DNA of 61,680 nucleotides, filler included, from Piptocephalis cylindrospora (lineage: Eukaryota), in the NCBI GenBank assembly GCA_003614145.1. It is 11 parts of 11 records of this genome, joined end to end, with 100 filler letters (N's around TTAATTAATTAA, not from the genome) between each part and the next. Parts side by side here need not be neighbours in the genome. Positions count along the whole stretch, not along the records: positions 11,314 to 16,835 come from KZ988377.1; positions 16,936 to 22,455 come from KZ988378.1; positions 22,556 to 28,074 come from KZ988379.1; 8 more parts are not named here. One strand, 5' to 3'. Below the pieces are notes generated by a model that was not told the origin of the DNA, ran no database searches, and saw only the letters and a program-made list of their open reading frames with translations. The position numbers and the translations under genes are program-made. Below are positions 12,054-23,926 of the stretch, piece after piece. Numbering within the stretch: position 1 is the stretch's first letter; the number at the start of each line of letters is the position of its first letter.

Positions 12054-13407
12054 GGAGAGAAGGGAAATGACACGAGTTACCCAGCCACAAGGGGAACTGC
12101 TCACTTTGTTGTTATTGCCTGATGGAGAGACGCAACTTGAATGTAACGTTGAAAGTTCGTTTCACAAAATCCTACCTTTCCAGTTCGATCAATTCCGGTT
12201 TATTTGGGTGCATCTTTATTTGGGAAGGCTGAGGCGGGCCTGAGACAATACTCTCCCCCTCTCCTCTATATCCCAATAGACCCAAATAAGATTATCTTTA
12301 AATGCAAGGGGAATGAGGAGGAGGAGGGCGAGGGGAAAATCCCAGTGATCAAGAGGGTAAATGGAAAAAGAGTAATCTGCCAACGGCAATAAAGTTAATC
12401 GAATTGGACCTCATCAACCGTAAACGGCTGTACCTGATGATACGCATGTAACAATATTCAACATTTTTCGATGACCAGGAAACGAATTCAATTCATATGA
12501 AAGGGCTAATAGATGCACGAGAAGAAAGGCTCCCTTAGTTCACTGATCTAGAAGGAGCAAGGTTGGGGATAACCAATGGTCTGACCTTGGGTATGATGAG
12601 TGGATACTTAGACATATTTGATTCATGATCGAGGAACTCACCTAATTCTCGGGTACTCCTCCCACACATATACTTGGTTATTATTATTATCGATCGAGAG
12701 GGAGAGTCCCCGAGTATCTGACATGTAAACGTCTAATCTCACATCACCCCCAAATGCATATCCTCTTCCCCCAATCCTTCAAGATTTTGCCCTTTACTCA
12801 CTGGTTCTAGATGGAGTCATCATGACTGTTCATGTAAGAATAGCGATGTCAGTGACATCCATGCCTTCTGGCTGCGCCATTCGGAAGCCGCTGATGGGAC
12901 TCACACTGCGTAACGCTTTATGGAAAGACTGACCGTCATACTGTAAAGGGTCACATAAACCAACTCATAGTAGCGGAGGAAAGGATATGGCATTCCCTTC
13001 CCGCTTAATCATCCCCAGCCCTGGCACCAAAGTCCCCTAATCAATATACACATCAGGGCTAGGTGGCTACTTGGTAGAGGGAAGGGGGAGAGATGGGGGA
13101 GGCTGTTGCGTGTGTAAGACAGGGGCAGGAGATGGCGCTGAGGATGAGGTGGCCATTGTCTGTCCCTTGAAGGTAGAGTATGATGTCCTCATCCGGCTAC
13201 CGCCAGGCTTGGCCAATCACATCTCTCCCCTATACCCAGTACCCTGTGACCTAACTGGGGACTGCACACCTATAAAGGCCCGTCCTGCCTCCCACGTCTG
13301 CCACTTACCATCCTCCCACTCATTCCTTCTTCCTTCACAACCCAACCTTCTCTCCCCTCTCCTCTCATCACTGCTTGATCTGATCTTTCTTGTGCCTTCT
13401 CGAGTAA

Positions 13408-13950
<543 letters not shown>

Positions 13951-14316
13951 GTGGGAATATCCTGGAGAGAGCCGCCCTTTCACCAACTGTCCTCTCATCG
14001 TTTGTGTTTGCTTTCTCATTCTCCTGTCTGATCCTATGAGGTACTATACTAGCGCTTTTTCCCGTACCCGTCCAATACATGGCTCTTTACAAAGGCGTTA
14101 TCTTTATCCTTGCATCTTATTATATCCCTAGTGAATTGGTATTTCATACTTGATCTATTAGCCTCCCATTGAACCATAGATCAGCTTCACCCTATCCCAA
14201 AGGACAAAGTGAACCATGTAACGATAGAAACTCCAGCACCAGTAAGAAAGCCTCTCCCCTCGTTGTGCAAGTCGACAGCTAATCATACATTTTCTTATTG
14301 TTTCAACCTACCACGG

Positions 14317-15918
14317 TCAGGCTCGGCAGGGCCAGAAACCACTCACAGCCATGAGCATCCCCTTCCCCCCTCTTCGTCGATTAAGATCCTGTTGATACTT
14401 TTCGTGGGTCTGAAGTCGAAGGAAACGAGGGTATGTGCTTTCGTACATGAGCTTGAGGATTTCTGCCTCGGCTTGGTCAAACATCTTGAGGGACAGACTT
14501 CGTAGAGATCCATGGTCCTCCATCCCCACTATTATTTCCTCTTCATCATCACCAACTCCAGATATCCCAGGAGGTTGGCTAGAGGAGCCTTCCACGCATC
14601 TTCGAAGATCGGCCATAGTCTCCCCCTGAAGATTGAGCTCCAGATCGGCCCCTGAACGGAAGAACTGATCATAAAGGCGCATGCAAGAGACAATCCCCGC
14701 CTCGCTCTTCCTTAGCCGTGCCTGGCGGATCCCCCAGAGTCGCTCGATAAACAAGACATTCTCCACGCTAAATTCACTCACCGCATATTCACGAAAAGCC
14801 TTTAGTCGCTCCGGCTGATGGAAAAGAGCGATAAAGGCGGTCCAATTTGCCTCCTGTATTTGCTCTGCGACAGAGTTGTCATTGCCTTCAGGATTGGAGG
14901 TCAGGGTCCCTGGATGAGGCCTACTGGGCATAGGTGGTAGTCCGGGATAGAGTACTTCATAAAGGGGCAGTAGGATTAGGACGTAATGAAGGGAAATGCA
15001 GGCCCAGACGGCCCATAACGTTGCCGGAAAGGAGGGAAGATCAAAGGAGGTGGTGGCCTGGAGTATATTGAAGATCAGGGCCCCGATGAAGGAGGATACA
15101 AAGATGGCTGCACTGATATTCATCTCTAGGCAGATACCATATGCGTCCTTCAGCCCGGCGGTCCCAAGGATGGCTGGAACGGCCGGTAAGGCAGTAAGGA
15201 AGAGGATGGCATAGAGTGGGACATACTCCCATCCAAAGGCACATTTTGTAGTGCCTTGATTGAACTTGGAGGAGGTAGTGAAGATGAAGAAGAGGACCAC
15301 GGTCATAGTAGTGATGTAGCCCATACAGAGGATGGACAGGATGTTCCGAGTAAGGAATGAATTTAGCCCATGAACAATTCTTTCCACCATTGAGATCTGA
15401 CGAACAAGGAGGTAACGGCCAATGGAATGGGCGGAGGGAGGAGACACAAGGGATTGCTGTGATGAAATCCTTTCCAGATGGGAATAGGTAGAGGAGTCTT
15501 CCAAATGAGGGTAGGCGGGAGAGGTAGAAACGGTGATCATAGCCACGGCCTGATCATCCTCTCCCATAGGAGGTCCCTGTTCGAGGTAGGCCACTCCCTG
15601 CTCAAGTTTCTGGATTGACATGCGATATAAATGAACCAGGCGAATAAAACGAGTCATGGTTAGGAGGGCAATGAGAGGCAGGCAATAAGTGGGGATCCAA
15701 AGGAGGAGGGCACAGGAAATTTCAAATCGCCTGGCCAACCGGACTAGATGGACATTGGTGAGGAGGAGCATGAGAAGGGCCGAGACAATGGATAGGATAG
15801 GGTCACGAAGACGGATGGCTGGTTCCTGTCGGTATCGGAAAAAGAGCCAAAGGCTCCCCAAGGTGAGGGTAGACCATATCGAGAGATAGACGTAGTAGAG
15901 GATAGATGAGGCGAGCAT
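14317..15918 (-). CDS. Seven-TM protein with C-terminal RGS domain (fungal GprK/class VI GPCR-like)
   Basis: Seven hydrophobic segments with IRLRDP, GWEYVP and LKDAYGICLE linkers; RGS motifs FREYAVSEFSVENVLF, GADLELNL, FDQAEAEILKLMYESTYPRFL; intronless, 533 aa. Confidence 0.88.
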   Translation of the reverse strand: MLASSILYYVYLSIWSTLTLGSLWLFFRYRQEPAIRLRDPILSIVSALLMLLLTNVHLVRLARRFEISCALLLWIPTYCLPLIALLTMTRFIRLVHLYRMSIQKLEQGVAYLEQGPPMGEDDQAVAMITVSTSPAYPHLEDSSTYSHLERISSQQSLVSPPSAHSIGRYLLVRQISMVERIVHGLNSFLTRNILSILCMGYITTMTVVLFFIFTTSSKFNQGTTKCAFGWEYVPLYAILFLTALPAVPAILGTAGLKDAYGICLEMNISAAIFVSSFIGALIFNILQATTSFDLPSFPATLWAVWACISLHYVLILLPLYEVLYPGLPPMPSRPHPGTLTSNPEGNDNSVAEQIQEANWTAFIALFHQPERLKAFREYAVSEFSVENVLFIERLWGIRQARLRKSEAGIVSCMRLYDQFFRSGADLELNLQGETMADLRRCVEGSSSQPPGISGVGDDEEEIIVGMEDHGSLRSLSLKMFDQAEAEILKLMYESTYPRFLRLQTHEKYQQDLNRRRGGKGMLMAVSGFWPCRA

Positions 15919-16935
15919 GATTAATCATGTAGTTAGGAGGATAAGAATGACCCTTCAAGGGAGGATGAAGAGAGTTACTAGAAAGAAAAGTGTACAGGGG
16001 GATGGGGTGAATGGATAGACACGAAGAGAAGGAAGAATGAGCGGAAGAAAGGAAAAGATGGATCGATGGATGGGAGAAACAGATCCTGCTGGATCAAACC
16101 AGGCGGTGATGGCTAAGGAATGCAGCGTACCTTTCTCAAGGCCCTGCACGAGAAACCCCTTGCATCGGCTTGTCCGTGCCCTGTTCCTTTTCCAGACCGG
16201 TAATTGGTGCATGGGATGAAGAGGGGAAATGCATGTGGCGAGGATGCATCCTGCTCATGAGGTGGGAGATGGGCGGGTGGTCTACTGCGCACTCATGAGC
16301 GGAGTAGTAGAGACGTGGAAAGTCCGCTGGTTGGGTAAGTGGAACCAGTTCACTTGGGTGATGTGAATATGAGCTCGTATGCCTTGTCCAGCGAATCGGT
16401 ATGCATCTGATGTAGAAAAGGCTGCCAAACCCCACTGCCCATCTGGCATGCTCCATGTGGCACAAAGCTTGGATGCTGGGCTGTACCCAAAGATATTTCT
16501 ATGGGAGTGGGAAATGCCTTGCGCTCGCTTGTTAGACTCCAACTGTCTATGGAGTCTAGGAGGGGATTGGGCGGAAAAGGCATTTCTCAATGACCAAGGG
16601 GCTATTCTTGAATAATATATCCCCGGAAATTGGGGTAAATTGGGGCTGGCGATATAGAATGGCCAGAGAAGTCGGGGGTGGTGCAGCGTAATGGGTAGAG
16701 CGCTGCACTGAAGACCTTACGGTTGTGGGGTCGACTCCGACCATCCCCCTCCCCCTTTCTACCCACCCTTCCCCCACCCCCCCAACTCACCCATCCAATG
16801 GAAAACGATTCGGGCAAGCTCGTTGACCTTTACGGNNNNNNNNNNNNNNNNNNNNNNNNNNNNNNNNNNNNNNNNNNNNTTAATTAATTAANNNNNNNNN
16901 NNNNNNNNNNNNNNNNNNNNNNNNNNNNNNNNNNN

Positions 16936-17324
16936 CCCCAAGGGCACTGATCGTGGAGGATAATGGGGTGAATCGGATGATCCTGACCACCTTTCTCTCC
17001 CGGCGTGGGATCCCGTACGATGAGGCGGTGGATGGGGCGGAGGGAGTGGCGGCATATGCGAAGAGGAGGTACGATGTGGTTTTGATGGACATTCAGATGC
17101 CGGTTATGGATGGGAATACGGCTACTCGACACATCCGGAGGATTGAGAAGGCTCGAGGGGAGGGGCCTGAGGGATTTACGAAGATCTGGGCATTGACTGG
17201 TCTGTCCCAGGAGAAGGACCAGACCCTGGCTTTCGAGGCCGGGGTCGACGCCTTCCTCACCAAACCTGTCAAGTTGAAGCAGCTGCATGGCCTCTTCCAA
17301 TCCCATTTTCCCAAAGCTGATTAA
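16936..17324 (+). CDS. C-terminal response-regulator receiver domain (hybrid histidine kinase or Ssk1-type; 5' truncated)
   Basis: LIVEDNGVN, DVVLMDIQMPVMDG (phospho-acceptor Asp), ALTG, GVDAFLTKPV. Confidence 0.92.
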
Positions 17325-17521
17325 GCCAATCTTGGTCAGTAAAGTAAATAATATTATTTTTCAACTTCGATGTGATGGTCTAGTTCCCATAGAAACATCA
17401 TATGTATTTTCAACTGCGAACGCACCGTTACTGTATGATAGGCCAGTTCGCTATCGATTTTACCCAGCTGGGCTATCACTCATCATGCTCCAAACTGATT
17501 ATCGGCTTGCCTCCTTCCTCC

Positions 17522-19045
17522 ATGACATCTCCCGAGTGTACGTATGAACCGCAGGATCGAACAGCCCTTCCAGAAGCGCTCCAAAGATTCATTGAGAACT
17601 CTGGAGTGCATCCGGATAACTATTCGCCATCCAGCTTGAGCATTGCAAGGTTTGTTCGGTTAGCACCGGCGAGGCCCGGAAGACCCAGGGCAACCCTAGA
17701 AGATCTGAATTCCCAGTTGCCTCCAGAGAGTCTGGCGATCTCCACCGAGCTCGCTGATGTCTTTTCCCTTCCTCGAAGTACTGCTATTGCTACTCTGCCT
17801 TTGTAAGCCATCCTTATCTTATATATTCTCTTGACTAAGTGGATAAGGAGCGACTGTCCTAAGGCAAGGCTTCACTATTGACTATTTTGCCGTTTTATTC
17901 TCTCCTATTCTTAGGTATCAAGAGGGTAGGATTTACGGCGTAGATTTAGCATCGGTACTGGCGGTAAGGGCGATGGAGATACGACCGGATGATCATGTGT
18001 TAGACGTATGCTGTGCACCAGGAGCCAAACTATGCGCCATTGCGGATATCTTGCATGAGGGTATGGGTACAGTAACTGGCTTGGACTTGTCCTCGGCTAG
18101 ACTGGCTACATGTAGAGCGTTATGTCGAAAGTATAAGCAAGATAATGCCCGCTTAGTCCAAGGAGATGGAACAACCTTGGCGATACCTTCTCCTCTAGGA
18201 TTTACCCGGACTGCTCAGGGGGTAGCTCGATCAAGGAGTCAAGTTTCAATGTGTTCTTACTCCAGAGAGAAAGGGCGCCGTGTATTTTGGGCTCCAAAGC
18301 CCTTACGTTCTTTCTATCCATCTGTTACTCCCGAAAGCTCTGATGGATTAACGATTGGTTTATATGATAAGGCAAGTGGTACTATTCATGCGATCCTTAC
18401 CTTGGAAAATGGTCCTGTTTATCTACACGTTACATTCATTTAGTAATACGTCTTCATTTCTCTCACAGGTACTTGTCGATGCCGAGTGCACCCATGATGG
18501 GTCCATTTCCCATATCGCCAAGGTTAGATTCATTTTATATGTACTTTTTCCTCAGTCATATCTTAACATGACCCTCTTATATATCAAACTGGGTGATTTA
18601 GTATCTGGATCGAGAGGATTGGAATGTTGAAGACACCTTTCTACATCCGAACCGCCTCGCTTCCATAACTAAGCTCCAGGTGAGTAGAGAATCACATCAT
18701 CATTTTGACCTTCCCCGCCACTCATGCCATCGCGCAAATATACAGTATGATCTACTTGTGAACGGTTGGAGAAATCTCCGTCCAGGAGGGTATCTTGTGT
18801 ATGCAACCTGCTCCCTGACTGAAGCGCAAAATGAAGGGGTAATTGATCGGTTCTTACAAAAGCACCCCAAGGATGCCTCCCTTTGCCCATGTTTGCTCCC
18901 TCCCTCCATAATTCGCACACCCATCTCATCCGCCTTCCCCGGATTGGCCGAGTGCGTCCGTCTCGAGCCGAGGCATGCTCATACCTCGGGGCTTTTCTTT
19001 GCTCGCTTAAAGAAAGCTCTTGTCCCCATCACCACCAATAGCTGA
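17522..19045 (+). CDS. NOL1/NOP2/Sun (RsmB/NSUN) family RNA m5C methyltransferase, 5 exons
   Basis: VLDVCCAPGAK (motif I), YDK|VLVDAECTHDG (motif IV), LRPGGYLVYATCSL...QNEGV (motif VI), TSGLFFARL. Confidence 0.9.
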
Positions 19046-19110
19046 ACTGTGTGAAAAAAGGATAATATACTTTTGCTTATCATCCTGCCCCTTTACGATG
19101 GGCTTTCGCT

Positions 19111-21844
19111 TTATCCAGAAAATAGGTTAGATAGCGCCCCTCCATCTTCCATATCGCTCGCATCGGATTTACTTAGGAGATTCCCATGGGATTTGTCATT
19201 CATTCCTGCCATAACCCGGACTGGGGCCTCAGCAGTGAACGTTCGCTTTTTCTTATCACCCTTTCGTCCCAAACCTCCTGGGGTTGCTCCTAGGCTTCCT
19301 GGCGTAAGACCCTTTACCTTGAGGAACTCTCGAACATGCTTCACCCGAGCCTTGTCAGATAAAGGCTCAATTGTCTCGTAAAAAGCCTGGATGGTCAGGA
19401 CATTCAGATAAGTGGCCATCCAATTATATCCACTTTAAACGCACGCAAATCCCCACCCCAAAATATATATCCTAAAAGATTCCTTACCATAGCATCCGCC
19501 GGAGGAATGGACCCAGTTAAGCCAAGTGTTTGGGTGACTGTATCACGAAAAACGCCATTATCCATGCGTTGGCGATGAGGAGAAGATGCCTCATGGAAGA
19601 TCCTTGCCAAAGGGGGGACTAAAAGAGCCCCCCTTTCTTGATGATGTCCCTCTACGTAAGTCTAATATGGGCAGTTCCGGCCCATGCCGGTCATAAAAAG
19701 AGGCGTAAGTCTTTCTGAATCGTCCTCTATACTACCTATTAGCCACATGTCCAATGATGCAACATACCTTTAGAAGTACTTGCAGAATATCATGGCCAAT
19801 GGCTGCAGTGAGCATATTGTCCACGGAAGGAGGCGGGTTACCAACGCCTGTGACAAATAAGATGTCCATACCTCGGTTTAGAGCATTGATGGAGCGAACA
19901 CATGTAGTGGTATCTTCGAGGCCCAGAAGCATGCTCAGAATCCTCAATGTAGCATCCTTGACGGAACGGGCCTGGAAGAGGAACTGGGTCATAGGAGCGA
20001 CCTGAGCTTCGGTAGACCCGGCCTGTCCACACTCAGTGATCATGACGAGGGTCTTGGCCACCACTCGAGCCAGATCACGAATGATTTTTTCCTCAATGAC
20101 CTCGTCCATCTCCTTCCCTCCTTTCTCCCAGATTGCACTAAGGCGATCGGGCCCCTCATCCTTCTGTCCCCAAGCTCCGTCATCTTTGTTGCCAAAACGA
20201 AGACCACGAGCCACGGCTTTATCCCACCCAGCTTGGATGGATCGTCCCAGGATGGTGAAAAGACTCCCTAGTAAACTCTCCCCACCAGCCTCAGCCCCTA
20301 GGCCTGTCCCGTAGCCCCACATGGCCTCGTAAGAAGAAGGAGGACAGTGGAGGAGAAGAGGTCGAAAGGCAGAGTCGACAAAGACTTTCCAATGCCGACA
20401 CGCTAGGCTGCCTATATTCCAGAGTAAGGAGGTACGGAGAGCTTCATGTCCCCCAGCTTGTTCAGTGTAGATGAAGGGACGAATCCTCCCAAGTTCGCCA
20501 ATAAGGGTGTACGCCTGTTCCCGAGTGCTGTTGAGCCACATTTTCCCCGACTCCACAGCAGAACTTTTCGAGTTATCATCCCGTTCTATTTGTCCACCTG
20601 GGGCAAGATGTGGGATTTAAGGGCTGTAGAATTAGTGACGGACGGCGGTGTCCATGATTCTTCCTTTTCCAGGCAAAAATAATAATATCACGTACCTGAA
20701 TAGACATAGCGTTCGTTGTCGCATAGAGTTTTCCAAATTTGGAGTCCTGGCTCAGATGACGCGTAGAGCTCGTGGATTACGCTAATGAGAGAGTTTAAAG
20801 TCATGAGAAGGTGACATACATCGCAGTACCCCATATACGTTGCATACAGCTTGGCACTCATCAACTCAGAGGAAAGATGACCTACCGAATGATCAAGAGC
20901 AGGTGAGGCATGATCATGGGAACCACCTCAATGGCAAGGGGCTCATCGCCGATCAATTTGATGGCTGTCATGACAGAACGCAGTTGCAAAGTGAACTGCG
21001 CGAGATTTGAAAAGTTAGATGCCATTCCTTGGGTATGCAAATACATACTTCAGGGCAATAACATACCTTCCGTCGAAATTGTAATTGCTCTGCCGAGGCG
21101 CCTTCATACAGACCAAAGGTCTGGCCAAAGGAGGAAAGTTCTGAAAGGCAGGAATCCCACAAAGGCTGAGACCATCCCTGGAGTATTTGAGTAATTGCAC
21201 CTTTAAGAATAGCTTGATCACCCTTTTGCTCCATACCGAGGGTCAAGAGGAACTGCTGGTACAAGATCAACTCATCCGGCGAAGTGCTCCCATTACTCAT
21301 ATGCTCCATGACCATGCGTTCTATCTCGGCGTAATGAGCCTAGTGAAGAAAAGGAAATAAAATGAATGAGGGCAGGAAGATAAAGCTGCCTTCTCAGAAA
21401 AAGGCCTACCAGGAGGAATTGGGGAGTTTGTTTGGCTAGGCGAATCACAGCACGAATACCATTTTTTCGGATATCAGGGACACCTTTGCCTTCGCCTTGG
21501 AAGGTGGACCAGGAAGACATGGCCTTATGAAAGATAGCTTGAACATGAATTTCGGTCAACCGTTCCTTACCCATGGTATCCACGAGTAGAGAAATGAGAG
21601 AGACTTGTCGCAAGGTGCACTCTACATCCCCAGCCTTGATAGTCAAGGAGATAAATCGATCCAAGAGTGAGGTGAGGGGGGAAGCCACTAGGTCCACCTT
21701 GCCTTTTAGACCCTGTACTAGAGATTCGACGAGAGAAATTCCCGACTCAAGTTGAATAGATTCCCTTTCTCCCCCGCCTTCCTTGGCGTAATGCTCCAGG
21801 AGCCATTGAAGATGGTTTAGGGCCCATTGAAGTGTGTCCACAGG
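19111..21844 (-). CDS. MSN5: Exportin-5/Msn5-like karyopherin, C-terminal exons
   Basis: Multi-exon helical HEAT-like protein starting PVDTLQWALNHLQWLL and ending KHVREFLKVKG...DGGALSNLFSG; recognised by resemblance to the Msn5/XPO5 family. Confidence 0.75.
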
Positions 21845-21888
21845 CTATGAAGAATAGATGAAAGAAATAAGGGACATTCTTTTTGTGA

Positions 21889-22327
21889 GCACCTCCACCT
21901 CCCTCCCTTCCCCACCTCAACTCCCCGCCTACTATGCCGTTATGCTCCAAGTAGCTCGGCATCCATCAGCTCTTATCGGTCCATCAGCCATCACCTTTTG
22001 GAGGGTGGCTTTGCGCACGGAACGCCTTATTCATCTGGAGCATACTCTTCATGCTCTTCCCGCCCTCTTGGAGATGTGTCTATCTATCCTGATTAAGGTA
22101 AGGGATGGGAAATTATCAATAGTTTTAGTCATGCCATCACCCTGGTAATGCTTACTCATCCCTTCCCTCTCCTCGGAGCCTAGTTGGATCGGGATTGTGC
22201 ATTGGCTGGACCAGCTGAAAATCACTTTAATGACCTTGATTTTGAGGATGAAAGCGAGCAGAGGCAAAATACCGTGGTTGTACGCTCTTGGATCATGGAC
22301 TTGGTCCGATTAGTCACTCAGCTCTTG
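21889..22327 (+). CDS. MSN5: Two exportin-5/Msn5 exons in inverted orientation (~21889-22097, 22184-22327)
   Basis: VARHPSALIGPSAITFWRVALR...LPALLE...|...HFNDLDFEDESE...RSWIMDLVRLVTQLL; GT-AG intron 22098-22183; GTAAGT donor at 22328. Confidence 0.7.
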
Positions 22328-22623
22328 GTAAGTAGTACCATAGATAATGAAGAAAAGGGGGGGGGGGGGGGGGGGGGGGGGGGTTGAAAAAAAAAGACCG
22401 GTCTTTTTTTTTTTTTTTTTTTTTTTTGTTTGTGGTCACCTCACAGTTGACCCCANNNNNNNNNNNNNNNNNNNNNNNNNNNNNNNNNNNNNNNNNNNNT
22501 TAATTAATTAANNNNNNNNNNNNNNNNNNNNNNNNNNNNNNNNNNNNNNNNNNNNGGGGCCGGGCCTCTTCTTTTTGTCCCCCCCCGGTTTTTGAAGGGG
22601 GGGGAAAAGGGGTGGAGGAAATC

Positions 22624-22665
<42 letters not shown>

Positions 22666-23152
22666 TGAAGGGGGCTGTAAAGGAGGCAAAGGGTTGCACC
22701 GATATGCTGATGGAAAGAAAGGTGAAGGGGGGAATATGGAGGACACGAAGGGGGGGTAGAGGGGGGCTTGAAAGACCAAGGAGGGTTTGTGGGTAGAAAA
22801 AGAAGAAAAAAGCGCTGAAAGCATCCACCTCTTTTCCCGACTGGTCACTTTCCAGCACGCTGAGGAGAGAGTGTCTGGCTCACCAGGGCTGTGTCACTAG
22901 GGACTTGGGCTGGGTGGACATCCCGCTCTGACATGAAGCACTAAATAAGATGAAATGCGGCGTGAAAAAAGGGCAGGTTATACCCTTTTTCAACAACAAT
23001 TTCCCATACCGCGTTTTCCTACTGCTTGTCTTCAGGGCCGACGGGTGCTTCCGCCCAGACCCAGAATCATTCTTCTCCTTTTCTCCTCTCGTTTACAATA
23101 TCCTCTCCTTGGCGACCTCTTCTTCTTTCCCTCCCATTCAAAACCCTAAACG

Positions 23153-23502
23153 ATGAGGCAAAATTTCCTTGGAATGGTGATTGGCACGGCGATGCAAAAG
23201 ACCGTCAAGGTCCGTGTCCCAAGGCATCGGGCCCATCCCGTGGTTCACAAGGTAGGTGAGAGGAGATGGTCGCGTCTAGACGGGGGCTTCTCGTGTTCCA
23301 TACTCATATCGCGTCTGGATAGATCATTACCACGCATAAGAACTTTTTAGCCCATGACGAAAATGAAAAGTGCTCAGTGGGAGACGTGGTGCGGATTGAG
23401 CAGTGCAGACCGTTAAGCCGACGAAAGCACTTTGCCGTGGCCGAGGTTATCCGTGCTGCACCCAAGTACACGGATCCAGAGACTGGAGAGGTGCTGCATT
23501 GA
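23153..23502 (+). CDS. MRPS17: Mitochondrial ribosomal protein uS17m (exons 23153-23251, 23323-23502)
   Basis: MRQNFLGMVIGTAMQKTVKVRV...HPVVHK|IITTHKNFLAHDENEKCSVGDVVRIEQCRPLSRRKHF. Confidence 0.95.
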
Positions 23503-23926
23503 GATCGGGCGGGGAGCAAGGGTGATAGAGAGAAAGAGAGAGAGAATGTGTGTGTGTGTGTTATAAAAGACCTGAGTCCTAGGGCCTTTCAAGAGGATGA
23601 TTATGTCTCGTGACGATTATGTACTGGAGAAATGAGATGGTGTATTCCTTGTCTATCCAGCTAGAGACAACCCATCTAGAGAGATAGACATAGGCTGAAA
23701 GGCTGGCCGATCTCTATCGGGTGGTGGAGTGAAATGACGATGAAAAAAATATAGGATAGGGGAAAGGAAGAACGGAAAGAAAAAGGGAAACAACGATAAC
23801 GACAACGGCAGGATACGAAAGATAAAGCCAAGGGGAAGGATGGGGGCCGTGAAGCAACTGAGATGTGAAGATGGGTCTTTCACCTCCTCCCCCCTCCCCT
23901 ACACGACATAAGCCCTAATGACATGC

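Noticed and set aside
14317..14331. CaaX motif on the 7TM-RGS
   Set aside because: The protein ends PCRA; Cys is at -3, not -4.
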